This document shows positions 28,314-39,051 of a stretch of DNA of 64,000 bases, in pieces. Numbering within the stretch: position 1 is the first letter of the stretch; every line of letters begins with the position of its first letter. Origin of the DNA: Nitrospirota bacterium (lineage in GTDB: Bacteria; Nitrospirota; Nitrospiria; SBBL01; JAADHI01); the NCBI GenBank assembly GCA_029261135.1, contig JAJDBX010000046.1, positions 16,158 to 80,157 on the forward strand, read 5' to 3'. Both the position numbers and the translations under genes were made by a program. Below the pieces are notes generated by a model, which was given only the letters and a program-made list of their open reading frames with translations, did no database searches and was not told the origin of the DNA.

Positions 28314-28706
28314 TTAAATTTCGATCCCATCTAAAACAGTGAATCGATATTCAAGAATATTACTCTTATGCCCTGACTTATCCCTGACAAAAACCTCAAA
28401 ACGATGAGTCTGCCTAGCCGCCGTTCGCGGGACAACGCTCCGTCCACTGTAGATACCGTCCTCCTTTTCAAGATCTCCACCTAGGCCATCGTCACGTAAA
28501 AGAACCTCTATCGCCTCACCTGCTTCTCTGATTTGATAAAGGACTTCGACAATATGGCCTGAACCTTGGGGATGGGCAATACGAAGGCTGATCGTATATT
28601 TTGTGCCTGTGGGACCATCTATCGGGTTCACCTTCATCTCAGAGATCATCGGGGACTCACCCAAAACGCTGATCAGGGTTACAATCATCAGAATAATTTT
28701 AAGCAT
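28314..28706 (-). CDS. small secreted protein with Ig-like/beta-sandwich character
   Basis: It has a signal peptide. LLRDDGLGGDLEKEDGIYSG is a motif common in secreted beta-sandwich domains. 130 aa. Confidence 0.45.
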   Translation of the reverse strand: MLKIILMIVTLISVLGESPMISEMKVNPIDGPTGTKYTISLRIAHPQGSGHIVEVLYQIREAGEAIEVLLRDDGLGGDLEKEDGIYSGRSVVPRTAARQTHRFEVFVRDKSGHKSNILEYRFTVLDGIEI

Positions 28707-29380
28707 TAAATTAACCTAAGATCGTATAAAAAGGCAGGACACATTTAAAAAAATGTAAAATGATCTGCGCAACCCATCTCAAAGGGTAACACAGGTTTTT
28801 TCAAAAAAAATAGATGTCTAGAATCTTGTCCGATTTTTATACAACATGTCTATGTGAATGAACACTATTTTTGTAAACGCTCCGTAAGGTTCTCGCCCTT
28901 AAAGCACTAATAATTTGTAATTCAAAAGAAATTTTTGATTTTCCGCATAAAAAATACCTGGCGTAATTTTTGCTTATTGGAAAATACATCCTGTGTTCAC
29001 GCAAAAGAAAGGTGGTGATATAAAACAAATAGGAAAGCATTTGTCTTTTAGTACATTTATCTGCTTGGTTTCGGAAATCTGAATTTCCAAAATAAAATTG
29101 AATCTTCACGACAAAAAAGATCCAATATGATCACGGATCATTTTTCAGAATCGGATTAAATATGACACTTCTGATCGACTGACTCTTTAATCAAATCCGA
29201 AGCCAACTGGTAAATCCATGTCGATAAGAGACGACAGAGTAGGTGTGCGTTCCTACCCACCGCGTAAAGCACTGATGCGACAACCCCGACTTCTCAAACT
29301 GAATAAGATCAAATACCAACTGACCTAAAGGGTTGCCCCTTTAAGCGAATTTTCTTCTAAAAAACTACTGATGGCAATAA

Positions 29381-29418
29381 TAAAAAACGGAGAGGCGGTC
29401 TCCCATCTCTCCGTTTTT
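29381..29418 (-). terminator. bidirectional rho-independent terminator at the rnpB 3' end
   Basis: AACGGAGAG (29386-29394) pairs with CTCTCCGTT (29407-29415). It is flanked by A6 on one side and T5 on the other, so a U-tract follows the hairpin on either strand. Confidence 0.65.
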
Positions 29419-29803
29419 GGCAAAGTTGAACGTAAGCCGAGTTCTGTCCCTCAACAAGCATTGAAGTGATGATCATTTCTCTCGACCAGATGTTACCATC
29501 TGGCTCTAGCGACCTAACCCGAGCGCGTCGGACGGGCCATCCTTAAAAAAGGCTTTAACCTTGATTTGCACTCCTATTTGGTCTTGCTCCGAGTGGGGTT
29601 TACCCTGCCTTCGATGTCACCACCAAAGCGGTAAGCTCTTACCTCACCGTTTCACCCTTACCTGCCTGACCTGCAGGCGGTCTATTTTCTGTGGCACTTT
29701 CCTTGGAGTCACCCCCAGTCGCTGTTAGCGACCACCCTGCCCTATGGAGCTCGGACTTTCCTCTCTTCGCTTACAATCGAAGAGCGATCATCTGTTCAAC
29801 TTC
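29419..29803 (-). ncRNA. rnpB: RNase P RNA, bacterial type A
   Basis: The reverse complement reads GAAGTTGAACAG...GAGGAAAGTCCGAGCTCCATAGGGCAGGGTG...GGTAAGGGTGAAACGGTGAGGTAAGAGC...ACAGAACTCGGCTTACGTTCAACTTTGCC. The universally conserved P4 strands are present, and P1 pairing closes the ends. Confidence 0.9.
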
Positions 29804-29835
29804 GACCACTGATATTCTAACGTTTCTAAACAAGT

Positions 29836-30252
29836 TCAATCAAGCCGTTCATCCAGTGCCCTGTTTGCCAGAGCATCGGCTTCTTTATTTTGAGCCCTTG
29901 GAATATGATGAAACTTTACGATGCAAGGTGCCATTATTTTACAAATATTTTTCGCCTTTTGTGCTAAAACGATCATCTCTTTATGTTTAATTCGGTACAC
30001 ACCCGTCATCTGACGCACAACAAGTTGAGAATCAAGATAGCAATCCACCCGCTCTGGGTTTAGCTTCGCCACCCGCTCTAAACCTCGAATCAGTGCAGTA
30101 TACTCCGCGACATTGTTCGTCGTGATGCCCAGATATTCTGAAATCATGTCAACAGCGTCCCCTTGATCACTCTTCACCACGATTCCGATACTGGCCTCAC
30201 CTGGGTTGCCTCTGGAGGCCCCATCGGTAAAGACAGAAAATATTTTGTTCAT
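29836..30252 (-). CDS. rnhA: ribonuclease HI-family protein
   Basis: FTDGASRGNPGEASIG..TNNVAEYTALIRGLE..DSQLVV..NKEADALAN carries the DEDD catalytic pattern. 138 aa. Confidence 0.85.
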   Translation of the reverse strand: MNKIFSVFTDGASRGNPGEASIGIVVKSDQGDAVDMISEYLGITTNNVAEYTALIRGLERVAKLNPERVDCYLDSQLVVRQMTGVYRIKHKEMIVLAQKAKNICKIMAPCIVKFHHIPRAQNKEADALANRALDERLD

Positions 30253-30314
30253 TCAAAATTTCCTTTGAAGGGCTTCAACGAAGGAAGGACTTTGGAAAAA
30301 AAGATCCTGTCGGT

Positions 30315-31037
30315 TTAAGCAGGGACATCTTCTGAAGGCTTCACATAAAGAATACGATGGCAATATCCACAGGTATGGATCTTTGCTAGCTGTTTCACTT
30401 CTGCAATAAGTTGTGGCGGCAAACTAAAATGACACCCTGTGCAAGTCGAACCATTGACCGAGACAACAGCACGCCCCTTACAACTGACAAATAATCGCTT
30501 ATACGAAGCAAGCAGGTCTCCAGAGATTATTTTGGATGTCGCTGTCCATTCGGCTTCAACAGCCGCTGCTGAGGATGAAATTTCATCCATCTCAGCCTGC
30601 ATCTCTTTTTTAACTTCTGCAAACTTCGCCTCATCTTCAGATAATACCGTCTCTTTTTCAGAAATTTCTTTCTTGAGTAAATCACCATTTTCCATCGCTG
30701 TAATGAGCTGGTCTTCTATCTCACTCTTTGCATTGCGCGCCGCTGCAATCTCTTGAAGGTGGGCATGATACTCTTTGTTGGTTTTAAGCTCAGTGAGCCT
30801 CAGTTTTAATTTCACAATTTTATCTTCAATCACCTGAAGGGCCAATTCGTTCTCTTTCCCTTCCTTTTCTAACAATTGAAGACGCTCACACGCGTCTTCA
30901 ATTTCAGAGCGCGCATCCAGCAAGGGCTTTTCTTCAACGGCCATTTTTTCAGGGAAGGCTTTAAGAACCTTTCTGTCTTTTTCACGTTTCAGATCCATTG
31001 CTTGAAGCTGCAGCAGCAATGCCAGTTGTTCTTTCAC
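30315..31037 (-). CDS. coiled-coil protein with C-terminal C4 zinc ribbon (COG1579/DUF164-like)
   Basis: Long heptad-rich N-terminus, then CTGCHFSLPPQ...CGYCHRILY. Confidence 0.7.
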   Translation of the reverse strand: MKEQLALLLQLQAMDLKREKDRKVLKAFPEKMAVEEKPLLDARSEIEDACERLQLLEKEGKENELALQVIEDKIVKLKLRLTELKTNKEYHAHLQEIAAARNAKSEIEDQLITAMENGDLLKKEISEKETVLSEDEAKFAEVKKEMQAEMDEISSSAAAVEAEWTATSKIISGDLLASYKRLFVSCKGRAVVSVNGSTCTGCHFSLPPQLIAEVKQLAKIHTCGYCHRILYVKPSEDVPA

Positions 31038-31078
31038 TTCTCTCCCCCTTTACTCGATGTGCAGCATTCAGCAGGTTG

Positions 31079-31152
31079 TGGGCCCACCAGGACTCGAACC
31101 TGGGACCAACCGGTTATGAGCCGGTAGCTCTAACCAACTGAGCTATGGGCCC
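31079..31152 (-). tRNA. tRNA with CAU anticodon (elongator Met or lysidine-modified Ile2)
   Basis: GGGCCCATAGCTCAGTTGGTTAGAGCTACCGGCTCATAACCGGTTGGTCCCAGGTTCGAGTCCTGGTGGGCCCA folds as a 74-nt cloverleaf (7/4/5/5 stems). G1-C72 excludes an initiator tRNA. CCA is not encoded. Confidence 0.9.
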
Positions 31153-31181
31153 TGCCTCTGCTTTTTTGAGTAAGCTTACCC

Positions 31182-32990
31182 TTAAATAATCTCTACAAAA
31201 CTCTTTAAACGTTTGCTCCGACTCGGATGACGTAATTTCCGGAGTGCTTTTGCTTCAATCTGTCGAATCCGTTCCCGCGTGACATGGAAATCTTGCCCAA
31301 CCTCTTCTAAGGTGTGATCGGTCGCCTCCCCGATACCAAAGCGTTTTCTCAAGACCTTCTCCTCTCTCGGGGTCAATGTGTGTAAAACACTATCGATTTG
31401 ACGCTGAAGATCATAACGAATTGCCGCATCCAAGGGCGAAACGACCTTCTTATCTTCAATGAAATCCCCTAAATGAGAGTCTTCTTCTTCGCCAATGGGG
31501 GTCTCTAAAGAAATCGGTTCTTTGGCGATTTTTAAAATCTTTCTAACCTTTTCTAATGAGAGTTCCATTTTTTCAGCGATTTCTTCCGGGGACGGCTCCC
31601 TGCCCAGTTCTTGCACCAATTGCCTTGAGGTTCGAATCAACTTATTAATCGTTTCAATCATATGAACCGGAATACGGATAGTTCTCGCCTGATCTGCAAT
31701 CGCACGCGTAATGGCTTGTCGAATCCACCATGTGGCATAAGTTGAAAACTTATACCCCCTCTGGTACTCAAACTTGTCCACCGCTTTCATCAAACCAATA
31801 TTGCCTTCCTGAATTAAATCCAGAAACTGCAACCCACGGTTGGTATATTTTTTAGCGATACTGACCACAAGGCGAAGATTGGCTTCAACCAGTTCTCGCT
31901 TCGTGTATTTGACACGTTGCTCGCCTTGATAAAGCTGTCGAAGCGAATCTTTCAATTCGGTCGAGGAAACCATTGACTCTTCTTTTATCTCTAAAATACG
32001 GTGTGTCGCATACTGATAGGATTTCTCAAGGTTCAAGATCTGCTCCGCGCTCAACTTTAGGCGACGTTCCGCAGCAGACATTTCTTTCGCACCTTTTTTG
32101 ACCTTGGTAAAAAAAAGCGCTAAATCTTCTTTCACACCACATTTTTTCATACAATGGGCAATTTCTCGTTCTGCTTGGATCACACTATTTCCCATTGAAC
32201 GGACTCGTTCAATGAGATCGTTGAGTACTTTGGGGTTCAGGTTGAAGTGCTCGATTCTTTCAACCACCTTTTCTCTGGATGTTTTTACCGCCTCCATCGC
32301 CAAAGCCTTGGCTTTGATCCCACGTGCAGCCTTTAGTTTATCAAGCACTTTGAAATGCTCACGCTGATTTCGTTTGAGCTGCGTCATCGCCCGAAGCACT
32401 TTTAGCCTCAGTGCCTCTTTATCTTCTTCTGTGGTCTCAAACTCTTCTTCAGGGATAGAGACCACAGCTTTAAGTTCAACTTCTTCGGCACGTAGCACAT
32501 CCCCTAATATCACCACTGCATACATTGAAAAAGGCATGCCGAATATCGTACTGGAAATATCCCACTCTCCCGCTTCGATTTTTTTCGCAATCGTTGTTTC
32601 ACCTTCCCGAGAAAGAAGCGGAACCGATCCAATTTCTTTTAAATAAAGACGGACTGGATCATCCGTTCGCCCAACGACGCCAGGGGTCAAATCGATATCA
32701 TTGTCCTCTTCTTTAAGATCACCTTGAGATATTTCCCGACCACTCCCAACTCGCCTGACGCGAGTCTCGTTATCGGATTCGTCAGACTGTTGTTGAAATC
32801 GGCTTGAATCTTCAGGATCAATGACTTCAATGTCCATTTCGCTAAACATCATCATGATGCTATCAATTTGCTCTGAGGAAAGCAGGTCAACAGGGAGCGC
32901 GTTATTCAGTTCTTCGTAAGTCAGATAGCCCTTTTCTTTCCCCAGGACAATCAGTTGTTTCACTTCATCTAATTTTTCTTCTTTGGACAT
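31182..32990 (-). CDS. rpoD: RNA polymerase sigma-70 factor RpoD
   Basis: Regions 1.1-4.2 are present ([77 protein letters not shown]; [20 protein letters not shown]). Confidence 0.95.
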   Translation of the reverse strand: MSKEEKLDEVKQLIVLGKEKGYLTYEELNNALPVDLLSSEQIDSIMMMFSEMDIEVIDPEDSSRFQQQSDESDNETRVRRVGSGREISQGDLKEEDNDIDLTPGVVGRTDDPVRLYLKEIGSVPLLSREGETTIAKKIEAGEWDISSTIFGMPFSMYAVVILGDVLRAEEVELKAVVSIPEEEFETTEEDKEALRLKVLRAMTQLKRNQREHFKVLDKLKAARGIKAKALAMEAVKTSREKVVERIEHFNLNPKVLNDLIERVRSMGNSVIQAEREIAHCMKKCGVKEDLALFFTKVKKGAKEMSAAERRLKLSAEQILNLEKSYQYATHRILEIKEESMVSSTELKDSLRQLYQGEQRVKYTKRELVEANLRLVVSIAKKYTNRGLQFLDLIQEGNIGLMKAVDKFEYQRGYKFSTYATWWIRQAITRAIADQARTIRIPVHMIETINKLIRTSRQLVQELGREPSPEEIAEKMELSLEKVRKILKIAKEPISLETPIGEEEDSHLGDFIEDKKVVSPLDAAIRYDLQRQIDSVLHTLTPREEKVLRKRFGIGEATDHTLEEVGQDFHVTRERIRQIEAKALRKLRHPSRSKRLKSFVEII

Positions 32991-33002
32991 GAAACCTCCA
33001 AA

Positions 33003-34826
33003 CTAATGTGACAATGTAATTAAATCTCTCTTTTTCTCTTCAAGTTTCTTCAATTCTGTTGAAAGATCCATGAGTTTTTGCTTAATAATATCTGCTGCTT
33101 CCTTATTGCCAGAAGCTTGCTTTAATTGGACGACTATCTTATTTCGCTCTCGGTCAATTCTTTTCTTTTGGAGCATACGAATACAATCTTCTTTATTTGT
33201 TTTGATCTCTTCGGTATCGACTTTATCGACAGATAAACGGGCTAAAAGTGATTGTGAGGCCTCATCTTCCATTCTAAAATGCGCTTTCGGACTGTGCCAT
33301 TCACAGGTATCAACATCCCAATAACATGCAATCAACTTTTTAAGCATCGGGTGTGAAAAGTCGTCCGGATGAAGTTGGTCATTTAACTCTGTTGGATTCA
33401 GATAATCTTGAATCAATAAGGTCAGAATGCTCTTCTCTTCATCAGGGAGCCGCTCAACCTTAAGCGATTTTGTCTGACCGAAGGGTTTTGAAGCCTGTGG
33501 TTTATCATTTTTGATTTGGCGGATATAGTCACGACACACATCTTTTTCAGTCAAATGGAGCCGATCAGAAAGTAAATTGAGATAATGGCTCTTTTCTACT
33601 TGAGACTTCAAACGGGAAATTAAAGGCACAATTTTTCGAATGACCGCCAATTTGTCTTCCACCGTATTTAAAACCGACTTTTTGATCCATTGTGTAATTG
33701 AAAAGTCGATCACTGTCTTGCTTTTTTCCAAAGTTTCTAAAAAAGCCGCTTTTCCTAAAGACCGGATAAAAACATCGGGATCTTTCCCGGCGGGCAGCGT
33801 TACGGCCTTGGCCTGAATTTGAGAATCGATCAAAAGCGGCACGGTTCGAAGGGCCGCGCGAATCCCTGCATCATCTCCATCAAAAACCAGAAAAATCTGA
33901 TCTGAAAGACGGCGTATCAATCGAAGATGGCCTTCCGTCAAAGCCGTACCCAGCGTCGCAACCACATTGGGGATGCCTGCCTGTACCGCCGCGATCACAT
34001 CAAGATATCCTTCCACAATCACCAAGGGATGTTGACCGCCTCCCTTCGCTTGATGAAGACCGTACAATATTTGTCCCTTCGTAAAAACACTGGTTTCAGC
34101 CGTATTTAAATATTTCGGTGTACTTTCGTCGAGTACCCGGCCACCAAAACCGGCGACCTTTGCACGGAGCGTATGAATCGGGAAGAGCACTCTATTTCGA
34201 AAACGATCAAAATACTTTGCATCGCGCTGGGAACGATCAGTGGAAGAACCTCGTCGTGAAATAAGCCCTGCCTTTTCTAAAAGCGATGTCGGAAACTGCT
34301 TTCCAAGGGTCTTTAAAAGATGATCCCAGCCAGAAGATGCATAGCCGATTGAAAATTGACGCATTGCCTCATCGCTTATCCCGCGTGCTTTTAAATAGCT
34401 CCGCGCAACACTGGCTTCCTGAGAATCCATTAATTTATGGTGAAAATAGACTGCCGCTGCCTCGTTTACGCGGTAAATATCTTCTGCTTCAGAACCGGAA
34501 CGGGCACTGGACGCTTGTAAATGGGCATCAGGAAGGGGGATTCCTCCTCTTTCAGCCAAACTCCGAAGGGTCTCCGGAAAAGGCGTTCCTTCCATTTTCG
34601 ACACAAAATGAAACACATCTCCACCCGCACCACAACCGAAACAATGGAAAAATTGTTTCACCGGATTAACGACAAAAGAAGCCGTTTTCTCCTCATGGAA
34701 AGGACAGAGTCCCGTGTAGTTTTGTCCTGTTTTCTTAAGAGCAACATGTTCCGAAACAATGGTAAAAATGTCGGAGTGCTCTCGAATGGTGTCAATCAGT
34801 TGATTTGGAATCGATTTTTGTTCCAA
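33003..34826 (-). CDS. dnaG: DNA primase
   Basis: Zinc finger CPFHEEKTASFVVNPVKQFFHCFGCGAGGD. Toprim block VIVEGYLDVIA..FDGDDAG. Confidence 0.95.
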   Translation of the reverse strand: MEQKSIPNQLIDTIREHSDIFTIVSEHVALKKTGQNYTGLCPFHEEKTASFVVNPVKQFFHCFGCGAGGDVFHFVSKMEGTPFPETLRSLAERGGIPLPDAHLQASSARSGSEAEDIYRVNEAAAVYFHHKLMDSQEASVARSYLKARGISDEAMRQFSIGYASSGWDHLLKTLGKQFPTSLLEKAGLISRRGSSTDRSQRDAKYFDRFRNRVLFPIHTLRAKVAGFGGRVLDESTPKYLNTAETSVFTKGQILYGLHQAKGGGQHPLVIVEGYLDVIAAVQAGIPNVVATLGTALTEGHLRLIRRLSDQIFLVFDGDDAGIRAALRTVPLLIDSQIQAKAVTLPAGKDPDVFIRSLGKAAFLETLEKSKTVIDFSITQWIKKSVLNTVEDKLAVIRKIVPLISRLKSQVEKSHYLNLLSDRLHLTEKDVCRDYIRQIKNDKPQASKPFGQTKSLKVERLPDEEKSILTLLIQDYLNPTELNDQLHPDDFSHPMLKKLIACYWDVDTCEWHSPKAHFRMEDEASQSLLARLSVDKVDTEEIKTNKEDCIRMLQKKRIDRERNKIVVQLKQASGNKEAADIIKQKLMDLSTELKKLEEKKRDLITLSH

Positions 34827-34861
34827 TAAAAGATCTTCCTACGACTAAAAATGCCAACAAA

Positions 34862-35323
34862 CTAGGCCTTTTCCTGAAGACATGACTGGAGCATACGCCG
34901 AATCACATCTCCTTCAGCCTGTCCCCGCAGTGCCGGAACCAATATCTTCATCACCATACCCATCTGCTTCATTTCCGTAATGCCTGCTTCATCAATGGCG
35001 TCATTCACCTTGGTGCGAAGTTCATTTTCAGTCAGGGGTTCCGGGAGGTAGGCCAACAAGATATTGAGTTCCTTGGTCTCTTTTTCAGCCAGATCGGCTC
35101 GGCCTGCGTTGGTGTACTGTTCTATGGATTCTCTGCGTTGCTTGACCCCAGTCACTATCACGGACAAAATCTCGTCATCCGTCAAGCTTGCGTCTTTGCC
35201 TTTTTCAATTTCTTTATTTTTGATGATCGAAAGTAGAAGCCGTAACACAGAAAGACGATCCGCTTCACGCGATCGCATCGCTGTTTTCATATCACTTTTT
35301 AATTGCTCGCGCATGTCCATCAA
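34862..35323 (-). CDS. GatB/YqeY domain protein
   Basis: LKSDMKTAMRSREADRLSVLRLLLSIIKNKEI..LSVIVTGVKQRRESIEQY is typical of the family. 153 aa. Confidence 0.85.
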   Translation of the reverse strand: MMDMREQLKSDMKTAMRSREADRLSVLRLLLSIIKNKEIEKGKDASLTDDEILSVIVTGVKQRRESIEQYTNAGRADLAEKETKELNILLAYLPEPLTENELRTKVNDAIDEAGITEMKQMGMVMKILVPALRGQAEGDVIRRMLQSCLQEKA

Positions 35324-35474
35324 AACACCTTCAGAACTAAATTTATTATATTATCACTAGCGTTTTTATGCTGTCAAATAAAGACTTTATTCTCTATGTT
35401 CAGTTTTAAAAACGACCCTCAGAGCGGATGATTTGGCTTGTCCATCAGGGTAAAAAGACAGAATACTGATTTTC

Positions 35475-36731
35475 TTAAACAACCAACAGTTCTGGGAACA
35501 TCTTCCGATTGACTGGTCCAATAGCGGTCATCGAGAGTGTTTCTTGCCGAAAAAGGGCATTGGCCAGATCCTTCACTTGCAGCAAGGAAACCTGGTTAAT
35601 TTCCTGCACAATTTCATCTAATGAAAAACTCCGGCCAAAATAGAGCTCTTCTTTCGCAATACGGCTCATTCGCGTACTCGTGCTCTCCATACTCAGGATC
35701 ATACTTCCTTTGGTCTGATTTTTTGCCCGTTGTAATTCATCGGCACTCACTCCATCCTCTTTCACCCGGTTCAGCATTTTGAGGACAAGCTCAATGACCT
35801 TTGTGGCGTTTCTAGGACTTGTTCCTGCGTAAACCGTAAACAAGCCCCCATCAATGTAGGAATAGGGAGACGAGTAGATGGAATAAGCCCATCCCCGCTC
35901 CTCCCTTATCTCCTGAAAAAACCGAGAACTCGCACCACCACCCAAAACAACATTTAAGAGATAAAATGCATATCGCTGAGGGTCAAGACAAGAAAGACCT
36001 GCTGTTCCAACACAGAGATGTGTTTGTTCTAGGTTTTTCTTTTTAACCTGCACATGGGGCATGATCTTTGGCGGTTGCCGAACTTGAAGATTGCTTCCGA
36101 CATGATTGTAATTTCCAAATGCAGCCTCCAATTGATCGGTCATGACCTCAAGATCAAAACACCCTGCCACCGCAATGATGATTTCGCGTGGATCGTAGCA
36201 GCGCTGGACATACCGCAATATTTTCTCACGGGTCATACTGCCGACACTCTCTGAGGTACCCAGAATCGAGTGAGCGAGCGTGCTCCCTCGCCAAGCCTCT
36301 TCAACATAAAGATCAAACACAAGGTCTTCGGGGTCATCTTCGACCATTTTAATTTCTTCAACAATGACCTGGGACTCCTTTTTGATCTCTGCAGGATCAA
36401 AAAGAGAGGCGTTGAAAATATCTGAAAGCAAGTCAATCACGATGGAAAAATGTTCATCCAAAACTTTTGCATAAAATGTCGTGGTTTCACGAGAGGTAAA
36501 GGCATTGAGTTCTCCGCCCAATTCATCCACTGCCAGTGCAATCTCTTTTGCAGAACGTTTTTCCGTCCCTTTAAAAAACATATGCTCCAAGAAATGTGAG
36601 ACGCCGTGCTCATCCTCTCGCTCGTCGCGGGAACCCACATTCACCCAAAGTCCGATTGAAACGGACTTCACATGAGGAATCCTTTCGGCCACCACTCGGA
36701 TGCCATTATTGAGAACCATCTTGTGTATCAC
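35475..36731 (-). CDS. M16-family zinc peptidase (insulinase-like)
   Basis: It has the inverted zinc motif HFLEHMFFKGT and two M16 halves. It sits downstream of pnp, as in many genomes. Confidence 0.85.
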   Translation of the reverse strand: MIHKMVLNNGIRVVAERIPHVKSVSIGLWVNVGSRDEREDEHGVSHFLEHMFFKGTEKRSAKEIALAVDELGGELNAFTSRETTTFYAKVLDEHFSIVIDLLSDIFNASLFDPAEIKKESQVIVEEIKMVEDDPEDLVFDLYVEEAWRGSTLAHSILGTSESVGSMTREKILRYVQRCYDPREIIIAVAGCFDLEVMTDQLEAAFGNYNHVGSNLQVRQPPKIMPHVQVKKKNLEQTHLCVGTAGLSCLDPQRYAFYLLNVVLGGGASSRFFQEIREERGWAYSIYSSPYSYIDGGLFTVYAGTSPRNATKVIELVLKMLNRVKEDGVSADELQRAKNQTKGSMILSMESTSTRMSRIAKEELYFGRSFSLDEIVQEINQVSLLQVKDLANALFRQETLSMTAIGPVNRKMFPELLVV

Positions 36732-36789
36732 TGGATCTTACCCTTTGAAAACCCTGATTGGCGGGCGATTTCGCCCGCCAAAGATGATC

Positions 36790-38901
36790 TTACTTGGCAG
36801 GTTCGGGGACTTTCTCGGCTTCAGTCTCTTTAGGGAGAAGCTCTTTCCGTGAAAGGCGAATCTTGCCTTGCCGATCCACTTCAAGCACCTTCACATCAAA
36901 TTCATCACCCTCGCTGACCTCATCTCGTACATTTTTAACACGATGATTTGCCAACTGAGAGATATGAACCAATCCATCTGTTCCGCGCCGGATTTCGACA
37001 AAAGCACCAAAATCCATAATTCTGACGACTTTTCCGTGATAAACTTTGCCGACTTCGACCTCTTCGACAATCGCATTAATCAGATCAACGGCTTTTTTCA
37101 TTGCAGCCTCATCCACTGAAGCCACATTAACGACACCGGCATCATCAATATTGATCTTCACACCGGTCTCTTCAATAATGCCGCGAATGACTTTTCCACC
37201 TGGACCAATGACTTCTCGGACTTTATCGGGTTTCACTTTTATCGTGATAATACGCGGGGCGTAAGTCGAAATATCTTCACGCGGGACCTTAAGCGCCTCA
37301 TCCATTTTCCCGAGTATATGGAGCCGTCCTTCTTTCGCTTGTTCGAGCGCCTGCTTCATCAGTGCTGTGGTAATCCCGCCGATTTTAATATCCATTTGAA
37401 GCGCAGTAATGCCATCGGCCGTTCCAGTCACTTTAAAATCCATATCACCTAAATGGTCTTCAACCCCGAGAATGTCAGAAAGCACTTGAAACCGATCCCC
37501 TTCTTTGATCAAGCCCATCGCGATGCCAGCCACTGGTTTTTTGATCGGAACCCCTGCATCCATCATGGCCAAGGTGCCACCACAAACGGTTGCCATCGAA
37601 GAAGACCCATTCGATTCCAGAATTTCTGAAACAATCCGCAGCGTATAAGGGAAATCTTCTTTACTCGGAATCACAGGTCTCAGTGCGCGCTCTGCTAAAG
37701 CACCATGTCCGATTTCACGTCGTCCCGGCCCACGCATTGGACGCGTTTCACCCACAGAAAAAGCCGGAAAGTTATAGTGCAACATGAAGGATTTTTTTGT
37801 TTCACCCTCCAAAGCATCAATTCGTTGTTCATCATCAGAGGTGCCTAAGGTTAGGACGGCAAGACTCTGCGTTTCACCGCGTGTGAACAAGGCCGAGCCA
37901 TGTGTACGAGGCAGGAAACCCACGTCACAGGTAATGGATCGAATATCCGATGTCCCACGACCATCCACCCGTACACCTTTATCCAGGATCATCTGGCGGA
38001 CTTCACGTCGTTCGAGATCGTGAAAAATTGTTTTAATTTCTTTTACTTGCGTGACATCGTCAGCATCCACCTGGCTGATTTTATCATCAAGTATCTGATT
38101 CAACTTCTCCTGGCGTTCTGCCTTGTTCGGGATACAAACGGCTTCACGAATTTTCGCTGAAATCTCTGCATCCACTGCGGCGGCCAAGACCTCATCTCGT
38201 TCGACAACCGGCTTTTCCCGTTTTTCTTTCCCGGCTTTTGATTGCAGTTCAAGCTGAAGCGTTATAATCTGACGTACCACATCGTGGCCAAACTGAATCG
38301 CATCCAAGATAATGGCTTCAGACAGTTCATCGGATCCGCTTTCAACCATCATCACGGCATCTTCTGTTCCAACCACCACAATATCGAGATCACTTTCCTC
38401 AAGTGTCTCCGAAGAAGGATTGGCCACAAACTGGCCCTCAACTCGACCGACACGTATGCCCGCCAAAGGGCCATCAAAGGGAATATCGGAGATGGTCAAT
38501 GCTGACGAAGCACCGATAATCCCTAGGATATCCGTCACACCACCTTTATCACTCGAAAGTACGGTCGCAATAATCTGGGTTTCAAAAAACCAGTGATCAG
38601 GCAATAAGGGCCTGATCGGACGATCAATAAGACGGCTGGTTAAAATCTCTTTTTCTCCGAGCCGTCCTTCTCGTTTAAAAAATCCACCTGGGATTTTTCC
38701 GGCGGAAAATGCTTTTTCTTGATAATCAACAGAGAGTGGCAGGAAACTCAGGGCTTTGGGCACTTTTGAGGCCACCGCTGTGACCAACACAACACTTTCG
38801 CCATACTGTACAAGGACTGCACCATCGGCCTGTCGTGCCATTCGCCCTGTTTCTAAAATTAATGTTTTCCCGCCAATCTCGGTTTCTACGCGATGGATCA
38901 T
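36790..38901 (-). CDS. pnp: polyribonucleotide nucleotidyltransferase (PNPase)
   Basis: Two RNase PH domains plus KH and S1 domains (GKVYHGKVVRIMDFGAFVEI). 703 aa. Confidence 0.97.
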   Translation of the reverse strand: MIHRVETEIGGKTLILETGRMARQADGAVLVQYGESVVLVTAVASKVPKALSFLPLSVDYQEKAFSAGKIPGGFFKREGRLGEKEILTSRLIDRPIRPLLPDHWFFETQIIATVLSSDKGGVTDILGIIGASSALTISDIPFDGPLAGIRVGRVEGQFVANPSSETLEESDLDIVVVGTEDAVMMVESGSDELSEAIILDAIQFGHDVVRQIITLQLELQSKAGKEKREKPVVERDEVLAAAVDAEISAKIREAVCIPNKAERQEKLNQILDDKISQVDADDVTQVKEIKTIFHDLERREVRQMILDKGVRVDGRGTSDIRSITCDVGFLPRTHGSALFTRGETQSLAVLTLGTSDDEQRIDALEGETKKSFMLHYNFPAFSVGETRPMRGPGRREIGHGALAERALRPVIPSKEDFPYTLRIVSEILESNGSSSMATVCGGTLAMMDAGVPIKKPVAGIAMGLIKEGDRFQVLSDILGVEDHLGDMDFKVTGTADGITALQMDIKIGGITTALMKQALEQAKEGRLHILGKMDEALKVPREDISTYAPRIITIKVKPDKVREVIGPGGKVIRGIIEETGVKINIDDAGVVNVASVDEAAMKKAVDLINAIVEEVEVGKVYHGKVVRIMDFGAFVEIRRGTDGLVHISQLANHRVKNVRDEVSEGDEFDVKVLEVDRQGKIRLSRKELLPKETEAEKVPEPAK

Positions 38902-38958
38902 CTTGGGGTCTCCTTATCTGTAATGTTCAAGAAAGAAAATAGAATTGGAGGGCTTAAA

Positions 38959-39032
38959 GCACAGAACGACAATAAAAGACCAAGAAATAACCAAGAGAAC
39001 CCACTTCTTGGCCCATCATTGTATTTCTGTGC
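38959..39032 (-). promoter_or_regulatory. long irregular hairpin in the rpsO-pnp intergenic leader
   Basis: GCACAGAA (38959-38966) pairs with TTCTGTGC (39025-39032). Inner pairs are ACAAT/ATTGT and CCAAGA/TCTTGG. The position and size recall the RNase III-processed pnp leader hairpin of E. coli. Confidence 0.4.
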
Positions 39033-39051
39033 CTTTGCCCAAAAAATATAT

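Noticed and set aside
29691-29990. 99-aa plus-strand ORF
   Set aside because: It overlaps the 5' part of rnpB and the end of rnhA on the opposite strand. The RNA gene explains the region.
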